Under the pieces are notes generated by a model that was given only the letters and a program-made list of their open reading frames with translations, was not told where the DNA came from and ran no database searches. This document shows, one piece after another, positions 34,012 through 45,700 of a DNA stretch of 64,000 bases. How positions within the stretch are numbered: the first letter of the stretch is position 1; each line of letters opens with the position of its first letter. The DNA is taken from NCBI GenBank assembly GCA_041399105.1, contig JAWKTL010000022.1, positions 27,597 to 91,596 on the forward strand. Direction: 5' to 3'. The stretch comes from Pirellulaceae bacterium (lineage in GTDB: Bacteria; Planctomycetota; Planctomycetia; Pirellulales; Pirellulaceae). The position numbers and the translations under genes are program-made.

Positions 34012-34199
34012 TAGGCCGGAGGCCGACATATAGCTGCGGTGGTAGCAAACCACCGGATTGTTCTAAAACGATTCGCTTTAGGCCGGAGGCTGGCACAATC
34101 CACTAAACGCCAATGTGCCGCCCGCCGGGCTAAAGGCGTCATAGTTTTGTTTCCGGGGCCTGACGGCCCCGGCTGTAGTTTGTTTCGGCCTCCGGCCTA
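34012..34199. repeat. Nested REP/BIME-like inverted-repeat element (family D)
   Basis: Outer arms taggccggaggccga / tcggcctccggccta; inner taggccggaggctggcac / gtgccgcccgccgggcta; small hairpins ggtggt-accacc and ccggggcc-ggccccgg. Confidence 0.75.
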
Positions 34200-34367
34200 T
34201 GCAGGGCTTCAGGTGAGCTTGCGGCTGATTCCGTTTTGCTTAACGACTTATGCCGGGTGCTTATTGGAACACCAACAAGTCGCCAGATCGATACGTTCAG
34301 TCCCGAATTCGATAGCAGTTATTCGATAGCAGATGGCGAGGACCCCTGGCACATCGTCATCTTCACT

Positions 34368-36401
34368 TTAGTTGGCGGTATCGGCACCGCACTGTCTACC
34401 TGTGCATTCGTTTTTGTCCAACTCAGGAAGTCCATACCACAATATCTCTCCATTTCCGTCCTTGACATGGATATTACGAACACGAACGGTTTGGTCGCCT
34501 TCTCGGTTCCAAAACCGCAATCCAACACGACCATGCGAGTACGGAAGTTGGTCGAACTCCCAAACCAGAAAGTCATTTACGAAACACTGTACCGATCGAT
34601 GACGAATCAGTGTGCGTGCCGTGTGCCATTGGTTTTGCTGCGTTGAGATCGAAGGTTTTGCTCTAACAAGTGGATCGAATAGAGTGGTGTTGTTGGCATG
34701 TTGTAAGATCGCAAAATTGCCTTGACGAAACCATCCGGTTCCCCAAATGGTGGCCTGCGACGGTCCGGTCACATGAAACAGCGTCGAAATGGAATTGCGG
34801 CCTTGAACGAAAAACTCATACGTAAACTCGATGTCGCGCCAGTTTGGATCGCCAAATACCAACCATTGCTCGCCGTCGCCGCCGGCATGAACCAATTGAT
34901 CCCCTTCAATATGCCAAGGCGATCCGAATAAGACCTGCGGGGGCGGAATCCCGGTTGTGGGAACGAATTCCGCGAGCGGAGGATCATCGCCCACCGCGTC
35001 AGCCACCCTCTCGTCATTATTCGATGCGGCATGCTCGACGTCCGTGCTGGCAGCCGGATCATCATCTTGGACGGTGAGTCACCGGAGAGGTCAGGCATCA
35101 TTGGCTTATCGCCTTCGGTCACGTTCAATTCCGCCTTCCTGTTCACGTTGACGATTTTTGGTGCGGCGAAGAGACCGAGCACCATCAGAGCAATCACCGT
35201 CACCGAAACGAATGTCAACGCATTGTAAAATGTGCTGGCGGAGCCCTACTGCTGTTGTCCGCATGCAGTCCATCGCGCCTCGGTGAACTGGTCGCGCGTC
35301 GCCACGTCGGCAAAGGCAGAAGCGCATGCGCGACCACGTCCATGTTCGGCAAGCGTTTTGTCGGTTTCTTGAAGCATTCGCGAAACGGTTCGCGGTTCCG
35401 GCGGAACGTTCGGACAAATCAGATGCAGCTTTTTCGGTTGTTCAGATGATGGGCGGTAAGGATCGCTTCAATGGTCTCATGCCCCATTTGCGTTGTCGAA
35501 GGGCGCGTGCTTGGCAATTAGCGGTACATCGTGCAGCCCAAACTGTACTGGTCTGATAGGGCATCGCCATTCTTGAGGCTGCCCGCCTGTTCAGGCGAAA
35601 GGTATCGAGCGGTTCCGACTCCGGCAAGGAGGTGGGTGTCCCTTGTGACATAGCATCGACATCGAGTAATTTGGCCAGCCCGAAATCAAGAATCTTAACA
35701 ATTCCGTCCTGTCCCAGTGCCAAGTTCGCCGGCTTGATATCTCGATGGACTAAATGATTTGCGTGAGCGTGCCCGAGCCCGACAGCCGCTTGGTACATCA
35801 GCCCACAAGCCTCTTCTACCGGCAAGCGTCCGCCGCGACGCACGGCATACTGTTCCAGGTCCTCCCCAAAAACATATTGAATTGGAATGATCGCGTGCCC
35901 CGCGATCACTTCAGGCAATTCAATTCGCGGCAAATTGCGGTGACGCGGTATGGAAGCGACCAATTTATCTCGGTCGGCACGCCTTGATCGTTCGCTGTCG
36001 GGGCTCACAGGCAACCGAACCACCTTCACGGCATAGAGTCGCTCCGAGCGATGGTGCCGTGCGAGGTAGACATCGCCGCCGCCTCCGCCGCCAATCAGAC
36101 CCAGCCATCGCCAGGTGTCACTTTCCAGCAAGGATCGCGGAAGTCGTTCGATAAAGTCTGGATCGGTATCATCCATGTCACGAGATACCGTTTCGCGATT
36201 CGGTAGGCTCGCGGTCGAATGCTTTTCGTCCTGTGAAACCAACTGATCCAACGCTTCAACGCATGAATCGCATGCCCCAACATGCGCATCAATGATCGCA
36301 CGGTCATTCTCGTTGTACACCTCGCCGTCAACGTAAGCTTGCAGAAGAACACGATGCAGACACGGTCGGGAGTTGGACATGGACACACTACGGCCTATCA
36401 A
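34368..36401 (-). CDS. Ser/Thr protein kinase with N-terminal zinc-finger (ZAS-like) segment, TM helix and DUF1080-like extracellular domain (frameshifted)
   Basis: HVGACDSC; GGGGGGDV; AVKV; HRDIKPAN; DFGLAK; GTARYLSPEQ in a shifted frame; TM VSVTVIALMVLGLF; W..EGD..V, NQWHT, HGRVGL. Confidence 0.8.
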
Positions 36402-36431
36402 GACCGTTCAATATGCAATGAGACTGGCCAA

Positions 36432-37310
36432 TCAAAACAGACCTTTTTCAAGACGGCTTCGAAGTTTATTCTCCTTCGTTTTCATCCGCGAAACAATCGT
36501 GTAAACGTTGCCGGCCGTTGTGTTAAACTGCTTGGCAATCTCAGCACATGGCAGAGAACACTTCGGATCGACTGTCATTTTGTAAACTTCATAATCTCGA
36601 TCGGTGGACGTCTCGCGAAGTTGTTTCTGGACACTTTCATCCACCATTTCCTTGTGAAGGCGATCCCACTGGGCACTCACCGAACTGTGATCGTCGAGCA
36701 ATTGATCAGCCAAATCCCCAAGCGGAATGTATTGTTTCTTTCGATTGGCCTCTCTAAGGACGTTCGACGCGATGCCTCGAATGTAGCGACGAAATGATCC
36801 GACCCGTTGACGATCGAAACGCTCGAGCGAGGAAAACAGTTTGACGTAGAACTCTTGCAGAAGGTCTTCCGGCGACTGACCGCCCAATCGGTTGGATCGT
36901 TTCCATATCGCAAGTTGGCCCATCAGAAACGATTCGTAAAACTCGCAAAAGCGGCTCCAAGACTTATCGTCACGCTCTCGTAGACCTTCCAACATCGTCA
37001 TTGACGTGCCGCCGTAGAGCTTCGAATAGGCTCGCCATAGATGGTCCCAAACATGGCGACTCGGTTCGGGGAGTCCACCGATCATGCTTCGAGACAGCGC
37101 ATTGAAATCGGGCCACGGCTTTTCCCAGTCCCCGTCCCACGCTTTATGTGCGTCGGACTGAAACGCCAGCCAATTTGAACGCCATTCCGGATCGACTTCA
37201 TCAAGGGAAAGCTTTGATAACGCATCCCCGAGAGCGCGATAAAACGCTGGCCAGTTCTCGATGGATAGATTCTCAAGCATTTGAGCCCCTGAATCATCTT
37301 CTGTAACCAA
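36432..37310 (-). CDS. ECF RNA polymerase sigma factor with ~100-aa N-terminal extension
   Basis: TSMTMLEGLR...SWSRFCEFY, EDLLQE, GSFRRYI (sigma2) and EIAKQF.TT.GNVY...SR (sigma4), directly upstream of the kinase. Confidence 0.85.
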   Translation of the reverse strand: MVTEDDSGAQMLENLSIENWPAFYRALGDALSKLSLDEVDPEWRSNWLAFQSDAHKAWDGDWEKPWPDFNALSRSMIGGLPEPSRHVWDHLWRAYSKLYGGTSMTMLEGLRERDDKSWSRFCEFYESFLMGQLAIWKRSNRLGGQSPEDLLQEFYVKLFSSLERFDRQRVGSFRRYIRGIASNVLREANRKKQYIPLGDLADQLLDDHSSVSAQWDRLHKEMVDESVQKQLRETSTDRDYEVYKMTVDPKCSLPCAEIAKQFNTTAGNVYTIVSRMKTKENKLRSRLEKGLF

Positions 37311-37497
37311 ACCTGATGTCAGCCAACACCTATTTGTGTCAGTTCCCCAATGTTAAAGCTAAGGGATCAACATTGCAACGTCCTAAACGAATGTACAGGC
37401 GACTCGTTGGATTCGTTTTTGTAATTCTGCAAGTTGATCTTGTGAATGCAGGCCACGCCATGTTCTTCATGAATATTAGATGAAGCACTGGATGATT

Positions 37498-38798
37498 CTA
37501 CAGAGAGATTGAACGCATGACGTCTTTGGCGGCTTGGATTGTTTGATCGATCATCGCTGGAGTGTGGGTGGCCGAAAGGAACAACGCCTCGAATTGACTG
37601 CACGGCATATACACGCCCTTGTCGATGAGGCCCCAAAAGTACGCTGCGTATCTTTGCCGATCACTGCGGTCGGCTTGCCGCCAGTTATGTACCGACGAAT
37701 CGTTGAAAAACAGGGTGAGCATGCTGCCGACCTGTTGCACCTGATGCGGGATGCCAACCGTTTCGGCTGCTTCATGCAGGCCCTGGGCCAATTGCGTTGC
37801 GATTTGCTCAAGATATTCGTACGGCGAATCGTCCTTCAGTTGCTTCAGCGTTGCATTGCCGGCGGCGACTGCGATCGGGTTGCCGCTGAGCGTTCCGGCT
37901 TGGAAAATTTTACCTGCTGGAAGAACTTGGTCCATGATTTCGCGTCGACCACCGTACGCACCCAAAGGCAGTCCGCCGCCAACGATCTTACCCAACGTCG
38001 TCATGTCTGGCGTAATCCCGAATCTCTGCTGAGCGCACCAAAGGCGACCCGAAAGCCAGTCATGACCTCATCGAAAATCAAGACGCTTCCGTCGTGATGC
38101 GTAACTTCACGTAACCCTTCAAGAAACCATCATCAGGAGGGACGCAACCCATGTTGCCGACAACCGGTTCCAGAATCACGGCCGCAATTTGACCTGGAAA
38201 CTTATCAAATGCCGCGTTCACGGCATCCAAGTCGTTGTAAGGAAGGACGATCGTGTCGCGTCCGGCTCCTTCAGTCACACCGGGCGAATCGGGAACGCCA
38301 AGGGTCGCGGCGGCGCTCCGGCCGCGACCAGCAAGCTGTCGACATGGCCATGATAATTGCCCGAAAACTTGACGATCTTCTCGCGCTGTGTGAAGCCCGC
38401 AACACGAATCGCACTCATCGTCGCTTCCGTTCCAGAATTGACAAGACGCAGTTTTTCGATGCTGGGAACCGCCTCGATGATGCGTTCGGCAAGCTCGGAC
38501 TCAGCCTCGGTCGGTGCCCCATAGCTGGTACCCCGCAAAACGGCACGCTGGATCGCCTCGACCACGACGGGATGTTGATGCCCCAAGATCATCGGCCCCA
38601 AGAACCAATGTAGTCGAGGTACTCACGTCCATCGATATCGTAAAGGTAAGGCCCTTTGGCCGACTCGATGAAAAGCGGAGTTCCCCCAACGGCACCGAAA
38701 GCACGCGCGGGGCTGTTCACTCCACCAGGCATCAGCCCGCAGGCGCGTTCAAATGCGGCGTGACTCTTGGGGCCGACGGAAAATTTTAAAGATGACAT
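37498..38798 (-). CDS. hemL: Glutamate-1-semialdehyde 2,1-aminomutase (several frameshifts)
   Basis: [76 protein letters not shown]. Confidence 0.95.
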
Positions 38799-38929
38799 CA
38801 AATGATTTCCAAACGAACTGAATTATTAGGTTTTATTGGTAAGCGGGCGAATTTGGCTGGATTCGTCTTGTTCAGAAGCAATCAGAACCCCCGGAAAACC
38901 CTCAGCTAGCGTTGTCGATTTAGAGATTT

Positions 38930-39006
38930 TATACCCGTGCGTGGTCCGAAATGATGCGTTCGCGTTAGATGAAGCGAATCACGTCATTTCTGACCACGCG
39001 ACGTAC
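38930..39006 (-). mobile_element. MITE family A, copy 4
   Basis: Reverse-complement copy between the divergent hemL and BBP7 genes. Confidence 0.8.
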
Positions 39007-39195
39007 AGATAGGCTCTTTAGATCGTTGCGAAGCTAATGAACACCTAGTCTGCATGGCTGCAAACTCCGCACAATCGTCAAATCTTTCCAGGTTTACTGA
39101 AACCGCACAGCCGTTAAAGCCGATACAGGATACAGCAGGCGGCTTGCGCTCGTTAGCACGCTACTGAACAATGGTTCGCAATTGAGTTCTAACGC

Positions 39196-40713
39196 ATGAA
39201 TATCTTCAAACGGATTGCCGGAAAAACGGATCGAGCTTTCATCCCGAATTGCAAATGTATCCTTGCACTGGGCATCGTCAGCTTACTGCAAATCGCGGCG
39301 ATCGCACAGACGCGGCAACGCGAAACGACTCGCGGAACATATCAGTCCCCGGTCCTACAATCTGGTCAGAACGGGCAACGCGGTCAATCCAAGGGATTCC
39401 AGCTAGCAAGCTTGCCACCCAACGACGTATCGCTGCCCAACAACGGACGCACCGGAAGTTGTACGAGCCGCGAACTACGACGTCATTGAAATTGACCAGG
39501 AGCCATCGGTGTTTCACGAAGGGGACGTGCATTCGCCCGCAGCTTCTTTCCGAAAGCTGCCACGGAGAATCCTACTGTGATTCCATGGGCTGTGGTCCAT
39601 CGTGCGGCTGTGATTCATGCATGGCACCGGGATGTGCTCCATGTTATCCCTGTTTCGGTTATGGCTTGCCATGGCATCGTCTGTTCGGAACGTTGGAGTA
39701 TTCGATGGTGTGGCGTACTCGAACAATTGCTCCCTCCACTGATCACAACAAGTCCCACGGGCACAGCCGTAGCGAACGCTGGTGTGTTGGGCCAGGCTTC
39801 CACCAGCACCCTCGTCGGCGGACGCTATCGAAGTGAAATGACATCTGGAGGTCGGGCACAGTTGGGAATTTGGATGGATGAGGCCCACTGCAATTCGGTC
39901 CTACTGCGGTTTTGGGCTAGCGGTCGTGAATCGATGAACTTTTTCGCGGACCAAACCGACGGCGCGTTCGTCGCCGTCCCATTCAACAACGCAGCCGATA
40001 ATGCCACACCCACGGCTTTGTTGGTTGTCGAGCCTCAGCAAGCGCAAGGCAGCATTAACATCCAGACACGTTCGGAGCTCTACGGCGGCGACGCGCTGTT
40101 GCGACGCCTTTGCAGAACCGGCCTGGGCGGACGCGTGGATGCGTTTTGGGGATATCAAACCGCACGCATCAACGAAGATCTGACGATTGCGATCGATACC
40201 GTCGGGCTTGATGGTGGAAACCGCGAAGGGCAACGCCTCCAGATCAATGACATCTTCGATGCGAAAAACGAATTCCATGGAGGCACGTTTGGATACGAAG
40301 GGTTCTACCGTGAAGGGTGTTGGTCTTGGCACTTGTTAACCAAACTGGGGCTTGGCTCAATGCAGCGGACGGCGACGATTCGAGGGACGACGACGCGAAC
40401 CAGCGGCGGCATCTCCGCGATTGACGATCAAGGATTTTTCGCCCGAGACACGAACATCGGCGTTCACAGCAGCAGCGAATTTTCGGTGGCACCGGAAATC
40501 AACCTGACGCTTGGATATATCCACCGTCCCGGCATGGACTTCACGTTCGGATATAACTATCAACTGTACACCAATGCAATTCAGCCCGCGCAGTTGATCG
40601 ATACGACGACCACCGACCTGAATGATCCCGCGATAACGCGTCCTCGCGTGATTCTTCGCGACAAGGACTACTATGTCCATTCGCTAAATTTCGGCTTCAA
40701 CTGGCACTATTAA
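39196..40713 (+). CDS. BBP7-family outer-membrane beta-barrel protein (frameshifted)
   Basis: Signal peptide, Cys/Gly-rich linker, LPPLITTSP, GGRAQLGIWMD, NEFHG, C-terminal LNFGFNWHY. Confidence 0.8.
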
Positions 40714-40734
40714 TAGTTCGCTGCGACCGGCTTT

Positions 40735-40811
40735 TATACGTCGCGTGGCCGAAAATGAGGTGATTCGCTTCATGAAATGCAAAAGCATCATTCCAGACCA
40801 CGCACGGTATA
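40735..40811 (+). mobile_element. MITE family A, copy 5
   Basis: 77 bp including both TA; lies between convergent genes. Confidence 0.85.
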
Positions 40812-40884
40812 ACCCGACGGCGGCGAGTTTCAGAGAATCGACTTGCTCTCCCAGCCGGGCGAGCCGGTCATGTCATTGTGGGAT

Positions 40885-41634
40885 TCAGGCACGCAGGTTC
40901 GACATAGCCTTTGCCGCGTCGCGAATCTGTCGTAGCGTATCGAGATGATTCTCGGTCCAGCGAGTGGAGACGCTGGGATGTTCCTCGTCGTCTCCCAGCC
41001 CCGCACTGGTGGCGGCGCCGACACGTTTCAAAATCGCATCGCGAATTCTCGACGCGTCCTCGATGCCCTCGATCCGACCGGCATGCATATTCATCTCGCC
41101 CGATTGTTGACTGTGACCTCCTCCGCCGGCGGTTTCCACGACGACGTCGGCGATATTCAACAATCGCTGCAGCGGTCCTTGAGTGACTTTGACGTTTTGC
41201 ACGTTCTCGAAGGTGATTGTTGTTTCGCGGATCACCCAAATTCCGCGTCGCAGCCGCATGCTGCGGTCGCTGAAGACATACCACGTGGTATCGTAACGTA
41301 AATGGATGGTTAAATACCCGACAATCCACAACACCACCAGCAACATGGCGAAGGGAACCAGCAGCCACATGAACCTGATATCGCTGCTGATCGCGAAGCT
41401 GACGGTGACGACGATCGCACTCAGCGCGAGCAAGCTCATGGTGATCCAAAACGGAATCAACAGGTAACGCAGAAAATTTGCCGCCGGTTTCCGCGATACG
41501 ATTGCTTCCTGATGAAGGGCCGGTAACTGGGGTGCCTCGCGAGGAACGCGGAACAGTTCACTGAGCAAGCCCCAAATACCGTCGTACAACCATGGCATTG
41601 GCGGCTGAGGCGACGTGGCGGAAGCTTCAAACAT
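40885..41634 (-). CDS. bPH_2 (DUF304) membrane protein
   Basis: Two TM helices, then LRRGIW..RETTITFENVQNV.V.QGPLQR...VETAGG. Confidence 0.85.
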   Translation of the reverse strand: MFEASATSPQPPMPWLYDGIWGLLSELFRVPREAPQLPALHQEAIVSRKPAANFLRYLLIPFWITMSLLALSAIVVTVSFAISSDIRFMWLLVPFAMLLVVLWIVGYLTIHLRYDTTWYVFSDRSMRLRRGIWVIRETTITFENVQNVKVTQGPLQRLLNIADVVVETAGGGGHSQQSGEMNMHAGRIEGIEDASRIRDAILKRVGAATSAGLGDDEEHPSVSTRWTENHLDTLRQIRDAAKAMSNLRA

Positions 41635-42208
41635 CGTTTGCCTCCGATGAAGATTGCCGATTCGCTGGAGCCAACCGCACCAAAGCATCACGAATTTCCC
41701 GAAGCAACACCAATGCATCGTCCTCTTGCGACGCCGTCGTTGATTGGTCGTCATCCGCGTCGCTGCGAGTCCCACGCATTTTGGCATACAGGTGATCGCG
41801 AAGCGGTTCGGCCGCCAGTATCCCTTCGATGCTCATTTCCGGCGTAGCGCTTCCCGAAGCGGTCTGCACCGACAACGTGGCCAAACCGAACCATCGTTGA
41901 ACAATGTTCCGCGACAGATGGATATCCTGAATCCGCCGATAGGTCAGATAGATTTCCCGCCGAAACAGCACACCCCACTGCATGGCGATGCCGCTGTCGT
42001 CGAAGCGGTACCGCAGGGTGACGTACTTGCAAGCCAAAGGTATCAACGCGATTGGAAACAGAGGCCCGGCGGCCAAACTGGTCAGGGCGTAGTAACGCAT
42101 CAATGATGGATCAGGCCGCGTTAGTTCCTCGACGCGCAGCCGATCAGGCCCGCGACCGAAGCTTCCTTCATGTTGCGACTGCGTGTCGTCGCTGGGGGAT
42201 AAAGGCAT
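41627..42208 (-). CDS. bPH_2 (DUF304) membrane protein
   Basis: WGVLFRRE..LTYRRIQDI.L..NIVQRWFGLA.LSVQTASG; overlaps the next gene. Confidence 0.85.
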   Translation of the reverse strand: MPLSPSDDTQSQHEGSFGRGPDRLRVEELTRPDPSLMRYYALTSLAAGPLFPIALIPLACKYVTLRYRFDDSGIAMQWGVLFRREIYLTYRRIQDIHLSRNIVQRWFGLATLSVQTASGSATPEMSIEGILAAEPLRDHLYAKMRGTRSDADDDQSTTASQEDDALVLLREIRDALVRLAPANRQSSSEANDV

Positions 42209-42235
42209 GGTGATATGACGTCTTTTAGCAATAAT

Positions 42236-42270
42236 GAACGTGTTTGATGTTATACCGTGCGTGTTCGCTC
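42236..42270. repeat. Collapsed B/A chimeric mini-element
   Basis: gaacgtgtttgatgtta (B left) + taccgtgcgtg (A end) + ttcgctc (B right). Confidence 0.6.
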
Positions 42271-42473
42271 TGGGTTGGGATGGTCGCGATTGCCACGTGG
42301 TTGACGCCAACTGCGAGTCGCATCAATCGCTGATTGTTGATCGTGCGTCATTATGACCGTTTTTTGTGAGTGATATCAACCGAGTCACGCCGTTCGTCAA
42401 ACGACGAATTGGGACGCCCCGCAGCCAACACCGTCGGCTCAGGTTTTGGAAGACGCATCAAGCCGGACAAAGT

Positions 42474-42625
42474 TTTACCGTGCGTGGTCCGAAATAATGC
42501 CGTCACGTTAAATGAAGCGAATCACTTCATTTCTGACAACGCGACGTATATACCGTGCGTGGTCCGAGATGATGCCTTCACGTTACATGAAGCGAATCTC
42601 TTCATTTCTGACAACGCGACGTATC
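42474..42625 (-). mobile_element. MITE family A tandem dimer (copies 6-7)
   Basis: taccgtgcgtggtccga at 42476 and 42551 gives an exact 75-bp period, with one shared TA at the junction. Confidence 0.9.
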
Positions 42626-42743
42626 TCGCGAAACAATGGTTCAATGTCGGTGTCTCATCCCGTACAATGGACAATGATGCAAATGCACTGAGCGTTTGAC
42701 TCCCGCCGTCCAATTCCCTCCATTTAATTGCAACGGAATCGAC

Positions 42744-45700
42744 ATGAGAGGTCTGCTATCCGTTTCGTTGATCCTCAGCCTTGCGATGACGCAGTGCCAG
42801 ACGCTGGCTGTTGATTATCTAGAAGATGTGAAGCCGCTGTTGGAAACGAAGTGCTACGCGTGTCATGGAGCCGTGAAACAGGAAGCTGACTTGCGACTGG
42901 AAACGCGGGAGTTGATGCTTCAAGGCTTCGAGGTCGTCGTGCCGGGGGATGCAAACCAAAGTCAACTGCTGCATCGCGTCTCCAGCACCGACGACGATCG
43001 CATGCCGCCACCGGACGAGGGCTCGCCACTGAAGCCCCACGAAATTGATCTGATACGAAAGTGGATCGATTCGGGGGCGGAAGCTCCCCACGAGCCGATC
43101 CCGGTTGCTCCGTCGGAGCACTGGGCATTCCAGAAGATCATTCGTCCGGCGGTGCCGGATGTCGGCTCGACTGGAACGGATGGAAAACAAGCGTTTATAT
43201 CGAGCGTGGTCCGAAATGATGCCTTCGCGTTAAATGAAGCGAATCACCTCATTTCTGACCGCGCGACGTTTAATGTCGTCGATCAATTTTTGGAAGCGGA
43301 ACGTCGGAAGAATGGTTTGCGAACGCAATCCGCCGCGCCACGTTCGATTGCCATTCGGCGATTGTATTTAGATTTGGTCGGTTTGCCTCCGACAGTGGAG
43401 CAGCTCCGAGATGACCGTCCGTGGGAAGAAATCGTGGACGAGTTGTTGTGCAGTCCACAACATGGCGAGAGCGTTGGGCAAGGCATTGGATGGACATCTG
43501 GCGTTACAGCGACTGGTACGGTTTGGGTGCGCAGTTGCGAAACAGTCAGAAACATTTGTGGCACTGGAGAGACTGGATCGTCCGCTCGCTGAACGAAGAC
43601 AAGGGTTACGACCGGATGATCATGGAGATGCTTGCCGGCGACGAACTGGACCCAACGAATCCCGACGTTGTTGCCGGGACCGGCTTTCTGGCGCGTAATT
43701 ATTACTTGTTCAATCGGACCACTTGGCTCGACAGCACGATCGAGCATACGGGAAAGGCGTTCCTCGGCCTGACGATGAACTGCGCGAAATGTCACGATCA
43801 CAAATACGATCCGATCACGAACATTGACTACTATCGCATGCGGGCGATCTTCGAACCGCATCAGGTTCGCTTGGACCCTGTTGCGGGGACAACGGACCTG
43901 GAACAAGACGGCTTGCCGCGCGTCTTCGATGACCATTTGGAGATCAAAACGTTCCTGCATCGCAAGGGTGATCCGGCGAATCCCGACAAAGAAACCGTCA
44001 TCACACCTGGCGTCCCCGGCTTGTTTACTTCGTTCGAATCGGCGATCAAGCCCGTTGATCTTCCAGCTTGGGCGTTCGCTCCGGGAACTCGAGATTACTC
44101 CGTTGCTGACCGGATCGAAGCGGCGCGCCAGCGGGTCGAACAAACCGATCGGGAGCTGAAGTCCGCGCGAACGAAGCTTGATGAACTTCAAAGAATGACG
44201 TCGACCGAGGTTAAGACAGCCAATCGGTCCGACGGGAGTTCACAGGTTGTTGTGGAGGACAGTTTTGATGCCCCAAGCCCCGATGTCTGGGAAGTCGTGG
44301 GGGATGGCTGGAAGTTCGCTGACGGTGCGCTTCTGCAAACGGTGAGTTCGCGAGAAAAGCATTTTGTTCGCTTGCTTAAACCGCATCCGCGTGATTTTGA
44401 TTTGACGTGTCGCTATCGCACGACGGGAGGCGATACCTACAAATCGGTGACGTTCCGTTTTGACGACTCGGTCGACGGCAGTTTCAACAACTTTGTCTAT
44501 TCCAGTGCTCATGCGCCCGGTCCCAAGGTGCAGGTGGCCTTCACGCGTGGCGGCCAGACAACTTATCCCCCCGAGGGACGTAAAGCAGAGAAGATCGAAT
44601 TGAATCGGGAATACGAACTTCGCTTTGCCGTCCGCGACACATTGGTCAATGTTTGGCTCGATGGTTCGTTTTTGCTTGCGTACAGGTTACCTAGCCGAAA
44701 AGACAATGGGTTGCTTTCCATTTCGGGTTTCGATGCGACGCTGGCTCTGGAACACTTCCGATTGCGAAGCTTAGGGGCGGACGAGGTGTTAAGTGAAGAG
44801 GATGGGAAGTCGCCCGAGACGCTGGAATCCGCCAGGCATGCCATCGAGATCGCAGAGGCCAAACGGAAAGCGGCTCAGGCGGCTGAGCAGGCTCTTGCCG
44901 CAACGGTGGATGCCCAACAATTGGAATTTGGGGGGCAAGCAACCGACGAACAGAAGCAAGCAGCCGCGAAGAACGCAGCCATTCAGGAAGCGATCGCAAA
45001 GCAAGCCGAAGCCGACGTGGAGCGACTTTCTGCGGGAGACGACCAGAAGAAGCGGAGCACGGCCGAATCAAAGTATCAAGCGGCCGCTGAACAATTAAAG
45101 AAGGCTCGTGACGGAAGCGTCAGCTACACCCCGATTCATGCCTCCAAGAAAGCCCTCGAAACACCCGAACACAACGATTCGACTTACGGACCGACTTATC
45201 CCCGGCAGAGCACCGGGCGTCGACTGGCGTTGGCTCAATGGATGGTCGCCCGCGAGAATCCGCTGACGGCGCGCGTTGCGGTCAACCACGTATGGCTCCG
45301 CCATTTCGGCGAACCTCTGGTTGAGTCGGTGTTCGATTTCGGATTGCGGACCGATCGCCCGGTGCATCAGGAGTTGCTTGATTATTTAGCCACGGAACTG
45401 ATGGATTCCGGCTGGAGCCTTCGTCATCTGCATCGCTTGATCGTGAATTCGGCTGCTTATCGGATGTCGTCGACGACACGTGATGCCGATCCGACGACGA
45501 TCGCGAACGATCCGACAAATCAGTACTTGTGGCGAATGCATACGCGGCGAATGGAAGCACAACTGATTCGCGACAGCCTGTTGCATCTGGCGGGTGAACT
45601 GGATTTGACCGCTGGAGGACCATCGGTGCAGCCCGGCCCCAGCAGCAAGCGACGGAGTCTTTACTTCCTTCATTCACGCGATCAACAAGACAAGTTTCTG

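Noticed and set aside
37498-38798. Programmed frameshifting or phase variation in hemL
   Set aside because: Several scattered shifts without slippery heptamers or long tracts; sequencing error is simpler.
42474-42625. CRISPR array
   Set aside because: Two 75-bp units with no unique spacers and no cas genes; it is a MITE dimer.
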